Origin: Gemmatimonadales bacterium
Lineage (GTDB): Bacteria; Gemmatimonadota; Gemmatimonadetes; Gemmatimonadales; GWC2-71-9
DNA: 64,000 nucleotides
NCBI GenBank assembly: GCA_041577295.1
Contig: JBFGJG010000010.1
Coordinates: 1 to 64,000 of the forward strand
Direction: 5' to 3'
Below the pieces are notes generated by a model. It ran no database searches. It saw nothing but the letters and a program-made list of their open reading frames with translations, and was not told where the DNA came from. Made by a program: the position numbers and the translations under genes. Below are positions 19,903 to 28,748 of this stretch, piece after piece; the first letter of the stretch is position 1, and the number at the start of each line of letters is the position of its first letter.

Positions 19903-20484
19903 TTGGCGCGACCGCGCGAGTTCGATCCTGCAAAGGCCCTGGACGAGGCCATGCATGTCTTTTGGAAGAAGGGCTACACCGCCACCTCCGTCGAGGATTT
20001 GGTGGAGGCCACGGGCGTCAATCGGTACGGGCTGTACGATGTATTCGACTCCAAGCGCGGTCTCTTTCTCGCGGCGCTCGAGTACTACCGGCGGACAGTC
20101 GTGACGGAGGCGATTCAGGAGCTTGAACGGCCTGGAGCTAGTATCGCAGCGATTCACGCGGTCTTTGAGCGGATCATTCGGCGCGCCCGGACGGGTGAGG
20201 CCAAATACGGGTGCCTTCTTTGTAACACGGCAGAGGAGGTTGCCCCGTTCGACCCAGAGGCCGCCCGGGAAGTTACCACCTATCAGCGTCGGCTCATCAA
20301 GGCGTTTCGCGCCGCCGTGCGAGAAGCGCAGCACAAGGGAGAATTGACCGAGTCGATAGACCCGGCGGAGATGGGGCGCTACCTCGCCGGATTGATTCAG
20401 GGAGCGAGCTATCTCGCGCGCTCGCCTTCAACCAACCAGGAGGTGGAGGACTTCGTTCACGTGGGTCTCCGTGTACTTGGGTAA
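19903..20484 (+). CDS. TetR/AcrR family transcriptional regulator
   Basis: (M)ARPREFD...ALDEAMHVFWKKGYTATSVEDLVEATGVNRYGLYDVFDSKRGLF HTH and GCLLCN. TTG start at 19903 assumed. Confidence 0.92.
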   Translation: MARPREFDPAKALDEAMHVFWKKGYTATSVEDLVEATGVNRYGLYDVFDSKRGLFLAALEYYRRTVVTEAIQELERPGASIAAIHAVFERIIRRARTGEAKYGCLLCNTAEEVAPFDPEAAREVTTYQRRLIKAFRAAVREAQHKGELTESIDPAEMGRYLAGLIQGASYLARSPSTNQEVEDFVHVGLRVLG

Positions 20485-20496
20485 TTTTTTTCGCTA

Positions 20497-20520
20497 ATTA
20501 CCAAACGTTCGTTCCGGTAT
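20497..20520. promoter_or_regulatory. Putative TetR operator upstream of SRPBCC gene
   Basis: The reverse complement ATACCGGAACGAACGTTTGGTAAT shares GGAACGA-N4-TTGG-N-AAT with 19865-19888. Confidence 0.5.
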
Positions 20521-20540
20521 CACGATCACCAGGAGGTCGC

Positions 20541-20930
20541 ATGGCTACCATTCATCGCGAATTCGAGATCCACGCCGCACCCGAGGACGCGTGGGCTGCC
20601 ATCCGAGACGTCGGAAGGATCAACGAATTCATCACATTCCTCGGTCAGGTGACCGTGGAGGGAGACCGCCGCACCTGCGCGCTTGGCGACCAGGGGACGC
20701 TGCGCGAGGTCATCCTCTCCGTGGACGACGATCGGCGTCGAGTGGCATACACAATCGTCGAGTCGCCGTTCAACTTCGAACATCACAGCGCCTCGATGCA
20801 GATCGCTCCCAACGGCGGATCCGGAGCGCGCTTCATCTGGACGACGGACGTCAAGCCGGATGGCGCGGTGCCGCCCTTGTCCGAGGCAATCGATAAGGCT
20901 GTGGAAAGTCTGAAGGACAAGTTGCGGTAG
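20541..20930 (+). CDS. SRPBCC / polyketide cyclase-like (START-fold) protein
   Basis: AGGAGG RBS, IHAAPEDAWAAIRD and LREVILSVDDDRRRVAYTI. Confidence 0.85.
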   Translation: MATIHREFEIHAAPEDAWAAIRDVGRINEFITFLGQVTVEGDRRTCALGDQGTLREVILSVDDDRRRVAYTIVESPFNFEHHSASMQIAPNGGSGARFIWTTDVKPDGAVPPLSEAIDKAVESLKDKLR

Positions 20931-20942
20931 AGTGCGCTCGAG

Positions 20943-20970
20943 TGGTGGGGGAGGTGACCTCCCCCCCCAC
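20943..20970. terminator. GC hairpin between convergent genes
   Basis: GTGGTGGGGGAGG-TGA-CCTCCCCCCCCAC near-perfect inverted repeat. Confidence 0.45.
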
Positions 20971-21011
20971 GTCCCTCGCCGACCCATGCGGCATGGTTGC
21001 TCCGGAACCGT

Positions 21012-23237
21012 CTAGAAGGCAAACCACTTGGTGAGCTTTACCGTGACAAAGCGCTCCAAAACTGCGCCCGCATCTACGTCCCGCCGCTCTGTGAAGACTA
21101 GGAAGAGATCACTCAGCGGTGCGTGGAGTAGGTTCACCCGCGCATTGGTAAGGACTTGATCTGCGTCCGCATGGTACTGGACGAACACTCCGAAGTAGAG
21201 CGTGGTGGAAAAGGCATACTTGATCCGTCCCGTATACAGATCGGCGGTAAAATCGGTACCTTGGGCCGAAATCATGTTGCGCTCTGCCGAGGCTTCTAAC
21301 GTGAGGTGATAGTCGGGTTGCCAGCTGACGCTCGCATCGATGCTGACTCGAGTGCCGTCGAAGTACCCTCCGCCCAAAACACTGATGCTGCCGTAGATGG
21401 GACGGCCCTCGCTGGCACCGTAGCTCGCCGAGAGCTCGCGAAAGTGATAGTCACCGACGGGGATCGTTACTCCTTCCCGAACCGGGAAGGGCTCCTCGAG
21501 GCGCTCGCGTCGGTCGTTGTATCGCACCGAGAACGAGCCACCATCACGAAACGTCATCCCGAACCCCAATGCTCCGTCCCAAGTGAGACGCCTTCCATCC
21601 GGGTCGGTGATGTAGTCGGCCTCGGCATAGGGATTCAGCTCGAGAACACCGGGAATGTCAGGACGTGGGTGGGCGCCAAAAGTGCCGTACCACTGCCGGA
21701 TTCCTGCCCGCCGAACGAATCCCATTCCGGGCACGAACTGGTCATCGACGTGACGAACCATGGCCGAGACATCCCACACGCGGTCACGCCAACCGACGGC
21801 GAGCCGTGCGGTCTCACCGCCGGTGGTGGATGTCCGGCTGAGCGCAAAATACGAACTCACAAACAGGAACTGCGCCAATCGGAGGTTGGCGTCGGCGCCA
21901 AACGTACGGTTGTACGCGCCGCTGGCATCGCCGCTGGTGGCTTGGCGGTTCGTGAACAGAAAGCCCACGTCGGAATTCCCGAGGATGTTGCGACGTAACC
22001 GGGCCACACTGAAGTTCTCGGCAGAGTTACCCTCGAAGGATTCAGACTGGACGTCGAGTAAACCGAACTCGAACGATTCAGCCCGGCCCGTGAGCCGAAT
22101 GCCGCCGAATAGCGGGACGGGACGGCCGCCCCGCAGGCCGATTGCGCGCGAGTGAAAGAGCGTGAAGTCTCGGAGCGAGGTACCAGCGCGTGGTGCGCCA
22201 GGTGCTGTGACGTCGCCGAGCGTAAAGATTCCGGAATTCTCCAGGAAGAAATCTCGTTGTTCGGGGAAGAACAATGGAAACCGTGTCAAGTTGACCTGCT
22301 CTTGGTCGACATCGGCTTGCGAGAAATCCGTACGAAACGTCAGGTCCAAGGTGGTGCGCGGAGTGATCCCCAATTTTATGTCCAATCCGCCGTCCGCTTC
22401 GTTCCCACGGTCCGCTCCGATCAGGTTATCACCGGTGGACCGTCGTGCCAGCACAAACGGTTTGACCGCGAGATTGCGACTCGCTGGAATGTGGGGTAAC
22501 CCGTGCAGGGTTCCCGCCTGCGACATCAAGAAGATGCGCTCACGACGTGCCAAGGGTGCCCAGTACGACACCTCGTTCTTCCGGCGAATACGTCGGAGGA
22601 AGTTGACCCCCCAGGACTGTGGGTCACGGGTGGGATCGAATCGCAACGTGTTCCAGGGAAAGGCCATTTCGACGGTCCAGCCAGAATCGTGAACCGTCGT
22701 GCGCACATCCACGATGCCATCCCAACCGTAGTCGCGCGTCGTGCCGTCGTTGAAAGTCTGGCCGTCTTTGATCCCGCCACGAGGATTCACGAAGAAGAGA
22801 AATGAGTTGCGGCGGTCGAAGAATGTATCAAATGCCACGCCGAACGAATCCATGTCTTCCGAGAGCACACCAGGATAGTCCCGCTCGATGGTCTTGATAA
22901 CCAGGGCACGTGGATCGGAGTCGTAACATACGGCGCTGATGTAGAGGCGATCGGCATCGTACACCAGGCGCACCTCAGTACGCTCCGTCGCGGCGAACCC
23001 GGTGGCCGGTTGAGCTTGGATAAACTCCGTGATGGGCACGGCCTCCATCCAGCTTGGTTCGGTCAGGCGGCCGTCAACCTCGATTGCTGATGTGGCGCGC
23101 ACCGCACGAAGCTCTGGCCGCGGCATTTTCTCGGGATCCGTTGCGGACGAAGCCGGACTCTGAGCGAGTCCCCTGGCGGTGGACAGAATGATGAGGAAGC
23201 CGAGTGTCACCCCGGTCCATGTAGGCTGGACAACCAT
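21012..23237 (-). CDS. DUF5916-type protein with N-terminal CBM9-like domain, probable outer-membrane beta-barrel
   Basis: Signal peptide, IEVDGRLTEPSW, YDADRLY, GWTVEMAFPW, DFSQADVD...NLTRFPLFFPEQRDFFLE, and a C-terminal aromatic residue (…WFAF). Confidence 0.8.
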   Translation of the reverse strand: MVVQPTWTGVTLGFLIILSTARGLAQSPASSATDPEKMPRPELRAVRATSAIEVDGRLTEPSWMEAVPITEFIQAQPATGFAATERTEVRLVYDADRLYISAVCYDSDPRALVIKTIERDYPGVLSEDMDSFGVAFDTFFDRRNSFLFFVNPRGGIKDGQTFNDGTTRDYGWDGIVDVRTTVHDSGWTVEMAFPWNTLRFDPTRDPQSWGVNFLRRIRRKNEVSYWAPLARRERIFLMSQAGTLHGLPHIPASRNLAVKPFVLARRSTGDNLIGADRGNEADGGLDIKLGITPRTTLDLTFRTDFSQADVDQEQVNLTRFPLFFPEQRDFFLENSGIFTLGDVTAPGAPRAGTSLRDFTLFHSRAIGLRGGRPVPLFGGIRLTGRAESFEFGLLDVQSESFEGNSAENFSVARLRRNILGNSDVGFLFTNRQATSGDASGAYNRTFGADANLRLAQFLFVSSYFALSRTSTTGGETARLAVGWRDRVWDVSAMVRHVDDQFVPGMGFVRRAGIRQWYGTFGAHPRPDIPGVLELNPYAEADYITDPDGRRLTWDGALGFGMTFRDGGSFSVRYNDRRERLEEPFPVREGVTIPVGDYHFRELSASYGASEGRPIYGSISVLGGGYFDGTRVSIDASVSWQPDYHLTLEASAERNMISAQGTDFTADLYTGRIKYAFSTTLYFGVFVQYHADADQVLTNARVNLLHAPLSDLFLVFTERRDVDAGAVLERFVTVKLTKWFAF

Positions 23238-23298
23238 CTCGGATGGTGTGTTTAGCGCCGCGTAACCTCAACCCCTTCGCCCACCCCCGCTCTCGATT

Positions 23299-23340
23299 TA
23301 CTGCTTACTGCTGACTGGTCACTACTCACTGCTCACCACT
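23299..23340. repeat. Degenerate 7-bp tandem repeat x6 (consensus NACTGCT)
   Basis: tactgct tactgct gactggt cactact cactgct caccact, directly after the stop codon of the 23339-24577 gene. Confidence 0.7.
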
Positions 23341-24577
23341 ATCCCTTCCATTCTCCCCGCGCCACTGCGGGCACGAACTTCTGCAAGCCGCTGGGTGGAA
23401 ACGCGAGGGTCTTGCCCTGTTCGGCACTCATATACGCCGTCATCAGCATCTTCACCACTTCGAGGCCGTCGTCGAACGTGAGAAGCGGGGCTTCGCGTCC
23501 GAGGAACACGCGGACGAAGTGCCGATCCTCACCTTCGTAGCCATACGCCACTGGCTCGTCCGGAACCACCGGCATGAGTCCCATCTCCGCGTTCTGCTTC
23601 TCAACCAGGTCTTCTCCTACCTCGCCCTTGACCTCGCGTGAGAAGAACAGCTTGAGAGAGCTGTCCAGCGTGTTCCATGACATGGAGTACTCGGGACCGA
23701 GCAGCTCACCCGACAGTCTGAGACCGGCGCCAACATAGCTCCAGGACGTGGTGGCTTCCGCGAGCGCGGTCAACCCGTCTGCCGTCTCGTACTCAATCGT
23801 GACGCTCGCGAAATCCTCTGACGGCTGCTTCGAGTAGTCGATTTCCTTCCCCATCGTCGCTTTCAGGCGCTTAACGTACTCAGGCCGTGACCACTTGAGG
23901 CTCGCAATGCGGCCGGTCACCCGCTTTGGGGTGAGCGACGCGCGGGGTGCGCCTGGCTTTGTCAAGAGAAACCGCACTAGCTCAGCCGAGTGACACATCA
24001 TGTCGTTGAGCACACCACCACCCTGAAGGTTACCGCGCCAGAACCATGGCGCGTGGGGACCGGAGTGCTCTTCGGCCGCGCGCGCGAGATACGGTGGGCC
24101 CGTAAGGGCAGCGCCACGCGCCCAGACTAGCTCCCGTCCGCGGGCAACGCCAGGTGAGAAGAGCTGGTTCTCGAGATACCCGTGTGCGATCCCCGCTTCC
24201 TCCACCAGCTCCAGGAGCTTCGTTCCCTCGGCCACGTTACGTGCCAGCGGTTTTTCACACGCGATGCCCTTGAGCGTGCCTTTGCCGCTCACAACGGTCT
24301 CCACGACCTCCTCGACGTTCTCGATGCGAGCGTGATTTGGACCGCACACCCAGATCGCGTCGATGGCAGGATCTGCCACCATATCACGGATCGTGCGAAA
24401 CGCCTTGGCGTCACCCACTCCGAGTCGCCGCGCCAACGCAGCGGCCTCTTCCGCGTTTTTCTTGGTGGGGCTCCAGATCCCCCGGACATCCCCATCACGA
24501 ACCCCCTGCCACGCCAGAAGATGGAACTTCGTATTGAAGCCGCTACCGATAAACCCAACCCCAAGGCGCTCAGCCAT
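23339..24577 (-). CDS. Gfo/Idh/MocA family oxidoreductase (cytoplasmic)
   Basis: GVGFIGSGF, CEKPLARN and GGGVLNDMMCH, with no signal peptide. Confidence 0.9.
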   Translation of the reverse strand: MAERLGVGFIGSGFNTKFHLLAWQGVRDGDVRGIWSPTKKNAEEAAALARRLGVGDAKAFRTIRDMVADPAIDAIWVCGPNHARIENVEEVVETVVSGKGTLKGIACEKPLARNVAEGTKLLELVEEAGIAHGYLENQLFSPGVARGRELVWARGAALTGPPYLARAAEEHSGPHAPWFWRGNLQGGGVLNDMMCHSAELVRFLLTKPGAPRASLTPKRVTGRIASLKWSRPEYVKRLKATMGKEIDYSKQPSEDFASVTIEYETADGLTALAEATTSWSYVGAGLRLSGELLGPEYSMSWNTLDSSLKLFFSREVKGEVGEDLVEKQNAEMGLMPVVPDEPVAYGYEGEDRHFVRVFLGREAPLLTFDDGLEVVKMLMTAYMSAEQGKTLAFPPSGLQKFVPAVARGEWKG

Positions 24578-24645
24578 CCTCACGCTCCATGTCGTTCTTC
24601 GCTATGAACCTGTACGACGTGCAAAGCTCACACACCAGTCAGCAA

Positions 24646-25236
24646 TCAGTCGTACCGCACACCCAGGCGCTCGAGTTGTTCGGGTGGGCACCCCCTCCAC
24701 TCGGCGACCGCAATGTTGCCCATGTAACGCAGATCGGCGATTCCCATCTTGCTCGACCAGAACCCGCTGGCCGTCAGGTCGCGAAAGCTGTTGAAGAACT
24801 CAATGCCGTGGGAGAGCTCCGGTGGTGCCTTCGCTGGCCACGCGATCAGATCGAGCAACGCTTGCCGTTCGGTGTCGGTGCTGTCCACGAAGTCGTTACC
24901 GAAACGCTCTCGACTTTCAACGTCGATCCACGCAAGGCCACCGCGCATGGCCGTGCGGCGCCGCTCGTCGTCACTGTCCCCCATGAGGAAATCCATGAAC
25001 TCGGGGACTCCCGCGTCGGTGGCGCTCCCCGAGCGTCTGTCGCGCGGGATAATGAGGTCCACTAGCATTCGGACCGTCTCCCATTCGTGCGGTGTGAAGA
25101 AGCGCGGTTGATAGCCCTGGTTCCGCTGCGCACGCCCGACGAGACGCCTGGCCTCGTCGAGCTCCACTGCACTCCAATTGAACGCGCCGGCGAGGGGGGC
25201 CAAACTGAACAGCGTCACTGCTTCACGGCGATTCAT
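24646..25236 (-). CDS. Gluconate 2-dehydrogenase subunit 3 family protein (Tat carrier subunit)
   Basis: MNRREAV twin-Arg, FFTPHEW, LIIP, ATDAGVPEFMD and GFWSSKMG..LRYMGN. Confidence 0.9.
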   Translation of the reverse strand: MNRREAVTLFSLAPLAGAFNWSAVELDEARRLVGRAQRNQGYQPRFFTPHEWETVRMLVDLIIPRDRRSGSATDAGVPEFMDFLMGDSDDERRRTAMRGGLAWIDVESRERFGNDFVDSTDTERQALLDLIAWPAKAPPELSHGIEFFNSFRDLTASGFWSSKMGIADLRYMGNIAVAEWRGCPPEQLERLGVRYD

Positions 25237-25267
25237 GTTCGTCACGGGTTTTCCGCTCCGGAGCTCG

Positions 25268-26977
25268 TCATGAGAGGTTTCCCCTTCGCCGCTCGGCCAC
25301 GATGTAATCGGCCGTACGCCAGGCGAGTGCGAGGATGGTCCACGTTGGGTTCTTGTCCGCTTGCGAGACGAAGGGGCCGCCATCGGCGACAAACAGATTC
25401 TTGACGTCGTGTGCCTGGCAGTGGCGATTGAGCACCGATGTCGCAGGGCTGTTCCCCATTCGGATCGTACCCAGCTCGTGGATGATGCGCCCACCGGGGA
25501 GAATGCCGTACCCCTCCTCGGCCGTGGGCATCGGCGTGAGCACCTGACCTCCCATTTCCTCGATCAGCGCACGGAAGGTCTCCTGCATGTGCTTCACCTG
25601 CTGATACTCGTAGTCACTCCACTGGAAGTGGAACCGCAGCACGGGGATGCCCCATTGATCGACGGTGTCCGGGTCGAGCTCGCAATAGGTATGCTCGTTG
25701 GGCACCATCTCTCCGCGACCCGCGAAGCCAACCACGCCCCCGTAGTAGCGGCGGTAGGCCTCCTTGAGCTCAGCACCGTAGCCGCCCCCAACGGGATAGC
25801 GATGAATGTCGCCCATGAACCCCGCACCCGGCATCTGTCGCCCGCCCCACATTTCGATGTGGTACCCTCGCGGGAAGTTCAGCGCGCGGTTGTCGAGCCA
25901 CCAGGGCATGTACAGGTGCGCGCCGCCAGTGCCGTCTTCATTGTGCGGCAGTCCGTTCATCAGCGCCGGGACGATGCCAGCCACGTCGGTTCCGGTGGTG
26001 TCGGTGAGATATTTGCCAACGACGCCGCTCGAGTTTGCGAGACCATCGGGGAACAACGTGGAGCGCGAGTTCAGGAGCAGCCGCGTCGACTCGCACGCGC
26101 TCGCCGCGAGGACCACGACCCGGGCGCGTACGCGATGCTCGGCACCGGTTTGTTTGTCGATGTACAGCACGCCATTGGCGAGCCCCTGCTGGTTCACGGA
26201 GATCTCGCGCGCCATGGCGTGGGTTATGAGGGTCAGTCGCCCGGTCTCCATTGCCGGGGGTAGCAGCACGTTGGTGGACGAAAAGGCCGCGTTGACCGCG
26301 CAGCCGCGTCCGCACTGAGCGCAGTAGTGGCACGCCGCGCGGCCATTATGGGGACGTGTGAGAATCGAGAGACGTGATGGGATACACGTCACGCCTAGAG
26401 AATCGGCGGCGCGCTTGGCGAGCAGCTCCCAACACCGTGGCCGCGGGGCGGGCAAAAAGATCCCGTCGGGTTCGTTCGGGAGATTCTCGACGCTTCCAAA
26501 GACGCCCACCAGGCGGTCCACCTGGTCGTAGTACGGTTTCAGCTCGTCGTAGCTGATGGGCCAGTCGTCGCCGAGTCCGTCGAGGCTCCGCCGGCGGAAG
26601 TCGTTCGGGCCAAACCGTAGCGAGATCCGGCCCCAGTGGTTCGTACGACCCCCAAGCATTCGGACGCGGAACCAGTCAAACTGCTGCCCTGGGGCTGTGG
26701 TGTACGGCTCACCCGGCAGCGTCCACCCGCCGAGGCCTGCGTCGAACTCCCCGAATTGACGTTCGCGCGTTGCGGCGCCTCGATGCGGTGCGTCGTACGA
26801 CCAGGCGAACATGGCCGAGTCGGTGGTGTTGTCCCACACCGGACCGGCCTCGAGGAGGGCAACATTCGCGCCGGCCTCCGTCAGGACCTTGGCGGTCATG
26901 CCACCGCCTGCTCCGGAGCCGACAATACACACGTCGTAGGTCTGTTGTTGGCGCGGCGTGCGTCCCAGGAAGCGCAT
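25268..26977 (-). CDS. GMC family FAD oxidoreductase (glucoside 3-dehydrogenase-like large subunit)
   Basis: IVGSGAGGG, LGGRTNHWGR, Cys cluster CHYCAQCGRGC, IHELGTIRMG and NLFVADG...KNPTWTILALAWR. Confidence 0.93.
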   Translation of the reverse strand: MRFLGRTPRQQQTYDVCIVGSGAGGGMTAKVLTEAGANVALLEAGPVWDNTTDSAMFAWSYDAPHRGAATRERQFGEFDAGLGGWTLPGEPYTTAPGQQFDWFRVRMLGGRTNHWGRISLRFGPNDFRRRSLDGLGDDWPISYDELKPYYDQVDRLVGVFGSVENLPNEPDGIFLPAPRPRCWELLAKRAADSLGVTCIPSRLSILTRPHNGRAACHYCAQCGRGCAVNAAFSSTNVLLPPAMETGRLTLITHAMAREISVNQQGLANGVLYIDKQTGAEHRVRARVVVLAASACESTRLLLNSRSTLFPDGLANSSGVVGKYLTDTTGTDVAGIVPALMNGLPHNEDGTGGAHLYMPWWLDNRALNFPRGYHIEMWGGRQMPGAGFMGDIHRYPVGGGYGAELKEAYRRYYGGVVGFAGRGEMVPNEHTYCELDPDTVDQWGIPVLRFHFQWSDYEYQQVKHMQETFRALIEEMGGQVLTPMPTAEEGYGILPGGRIIHELGTIRMGNSPATSVLNRHCQAHDVKNLFVADGGPFVSQADKNPTWTILALAWRTADYIVAERRRGNLS

Positions 26978-27110
26978 AGTGCCGGTAATTGGTTGTCAAT
27001 GGCGAGCGCGCGCAAGGGTAGCAGGGTGAGCCCAGGGATGCGGCAGGCGGGGGTGAGCGCGCGGGCGACGCTCACGCTATGATATAGGCGAACGCTTCGG
27101 GCGTGGCAGG

Positions 27111-27821
27111 GTGACAGTTCTCGAATACTATCAGGACGCGTATCGGTCCTCCTTCAACGCCGCGGTCGTTGCGGTCACCGACAACAACGGCGTCGTGCTC
27201 GACCGAACGGCCTTCTATCCCGGTGGTGGTGGCCAGCCACACGACCTCGGCGAGTTGACGTGGGGTGCCGGTCGGGCGCCGGTCCAGAAGGTGTCATATG
27301 CATCCGGCCGTATCATACACGGGTTGGAGGCAGAACCCCCGCCCGTTGGCACCGCGGTTGAGGGAACACTGGACTGGGACCGCCGCTATGCGCTGATGCG
27401 CACGCACACGGCGCTTCACATTCTGTGTGGTGTGATTTGGCGAGACTACCACCGGCTGTCGACGGGTTGTGATATGAAACCACTCGCCGCGCACATCGAC
27501 TTCGAGTTGGACGCGGTGGATGCAGAGATGTTATCACATCTCCAAAACGCTGTCGTGGCCGAGATTGCGGCGGGCCATGCAATCAAAACGTACTCGCTTG
27601 TGCGATCGGAGGCCGAGCAGATCCCCGACCTCGTGCGGACCAAGATCAACCTGCTTCCGGAGCACCTGAAGGAAATCCGGATCGTCGAAATCGTGGATCT
27701 CGATCTCCAGGCAGACGGCGGGACGCACGTGGCGAACACGTCGGAGGTGGGCGACTTCCGGCTTGCACGGTATAAGAGCAAAGGCCGGCAGAACAAGCGG
27801 CTCTATATCGAGCTGTCCTGA
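27111..27821 (+). CDS. Alanyl-tRNA editing protein (AlaX family)
   Basis: VVLDRTAFYPGGGGQPHDLG, RTHTALH, QADGGTHV and KSKGRQNKRL. Confidence 0.9.
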   Translation: MTVLEYYQDAYRSSFNAAVVAVTDNNGVVLDRTAFYPGGGGQPHDLGELTWGAGRAPVQKVSYASGRIIHGLEAEPPPVGTAVEGTLDWDRRYALMRTHTALHILCGVIWRDYHRLSTGCDMKPLAAHIDFELDAVDAEMLSHLQNAVVAEIAAGHAIKTYSLVRSEAEQIPDLVRTKINLLPEHLKEIRIVEIVDLDLQADGGTHVANTSEVGDFRLARYKSKGRQNKRLYIELS

Positions 27822-27939
27822 ACAGCGTGATTTTGCTGTGGACGCGCGTTTTCCGACCTCCTGCCGGGTGTGAGCACAGGATCTCTTCAGCGCTCAATGG
27901 GTAATGAGAACGTCCTCTGCGAGTGAGCGACAAATCGTT

Positions 27940-28731
27940 ATGCATCGAAAAGCATTCCCGGTTTTCTCTTTGGTGGTTGCGCTTCTGGTGTTTCCGCCCG
28001 GCGGTCGCGTCCAGGGTCCTCGGGATCACGCAGTTGCCCCTGACTCGCCCTCGTCACTGGCAGAGCGGTCGACGGACGCGGACTTCATCGTGCTCGAGGA
28101 CTTTGAGGAGAGCACGGTGGGGAAGATGCCGGTAAGTTGGCAGTGGAAGTCCAAGGACGACGGCAAGCAGATGCCCTATCAGGTGCAGGAGGAGGGTGGA
28201 AACCGATTTCTGGCTGCGCGGGACGAGGGACAGTCGATCATCATCGCGAAAGACGTGAAATGGAACCTCAAGGAGTACCCCTACGTGTCCTTCCGCTGGC
28301 GTGTGCATGAGATTCCCGCCGGCGCCGACGAGCGACTCCACGACAAAGTAGATAGCGCCGCCGGCGTCTACTTCGTGTATCGCCGAATCCTTGGCCTGAT
28401 TCCCGAGTCGGTGAAGTACGTGTGGAGTTCGACGTTGCCGGTGGGCTCGGCGATGCAGCGCAGTGGGCTCGGCAAGCCGTGGATGGTGGTGGTCGACAGT
28501 GGTGAGAATGGTTTGGGAGAGTGGCGTACGTACGTGTTCGATATCGCGGCGGCGTACAAGGACACCTTTGGTGGACTTCCGTCCAACGAAGCCATTGGCA
28601 TCGCGATACTCTCAGATGCCAACAATACGCCGAATGGCCGCGCGTATGCCGACTACGACGATATCCGGGCGCTCCGTAGCGCAGACTCGACTGTGACCTC
28701 GGGCGTCAAGGAAAAACTGGACGCACAGTAG
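27940..28731 (+). CDS. DUF3047 family secreted protein
   Basis: Signal peptide, YPYVSFRWRV, DSAAGVYFVY, KYVWSSTLPVG, GEWRT and IAILSDANNT...YDDI. Confidence 0.8.
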   Translation: MHRKAFPVFSLVVALLVFPPGGRVQGPRDHAVAPDSPSSLAERSTDADFIVLEDFEESTVGKMPVSWQWKSKDDGKQMPYQVQEEGGNRFLAARDEGQSIIIAKDVKWNLKEYPYVSFRWRVHEIPAGADERLHDKVDSAAGVYFVYRRILGLIPESVKYVWSSTLPVGSAMQRSGLGKPWMVVVDSGENGLGEWRTYVFDIAAAYKDTFGGLPSNEAIGIAILSDANNTPNGRAYADYDDIRALRSADSTVTSGVKEKLDAQ

Positions 28732-28748
28732 CCACCCGAGGATCACGC

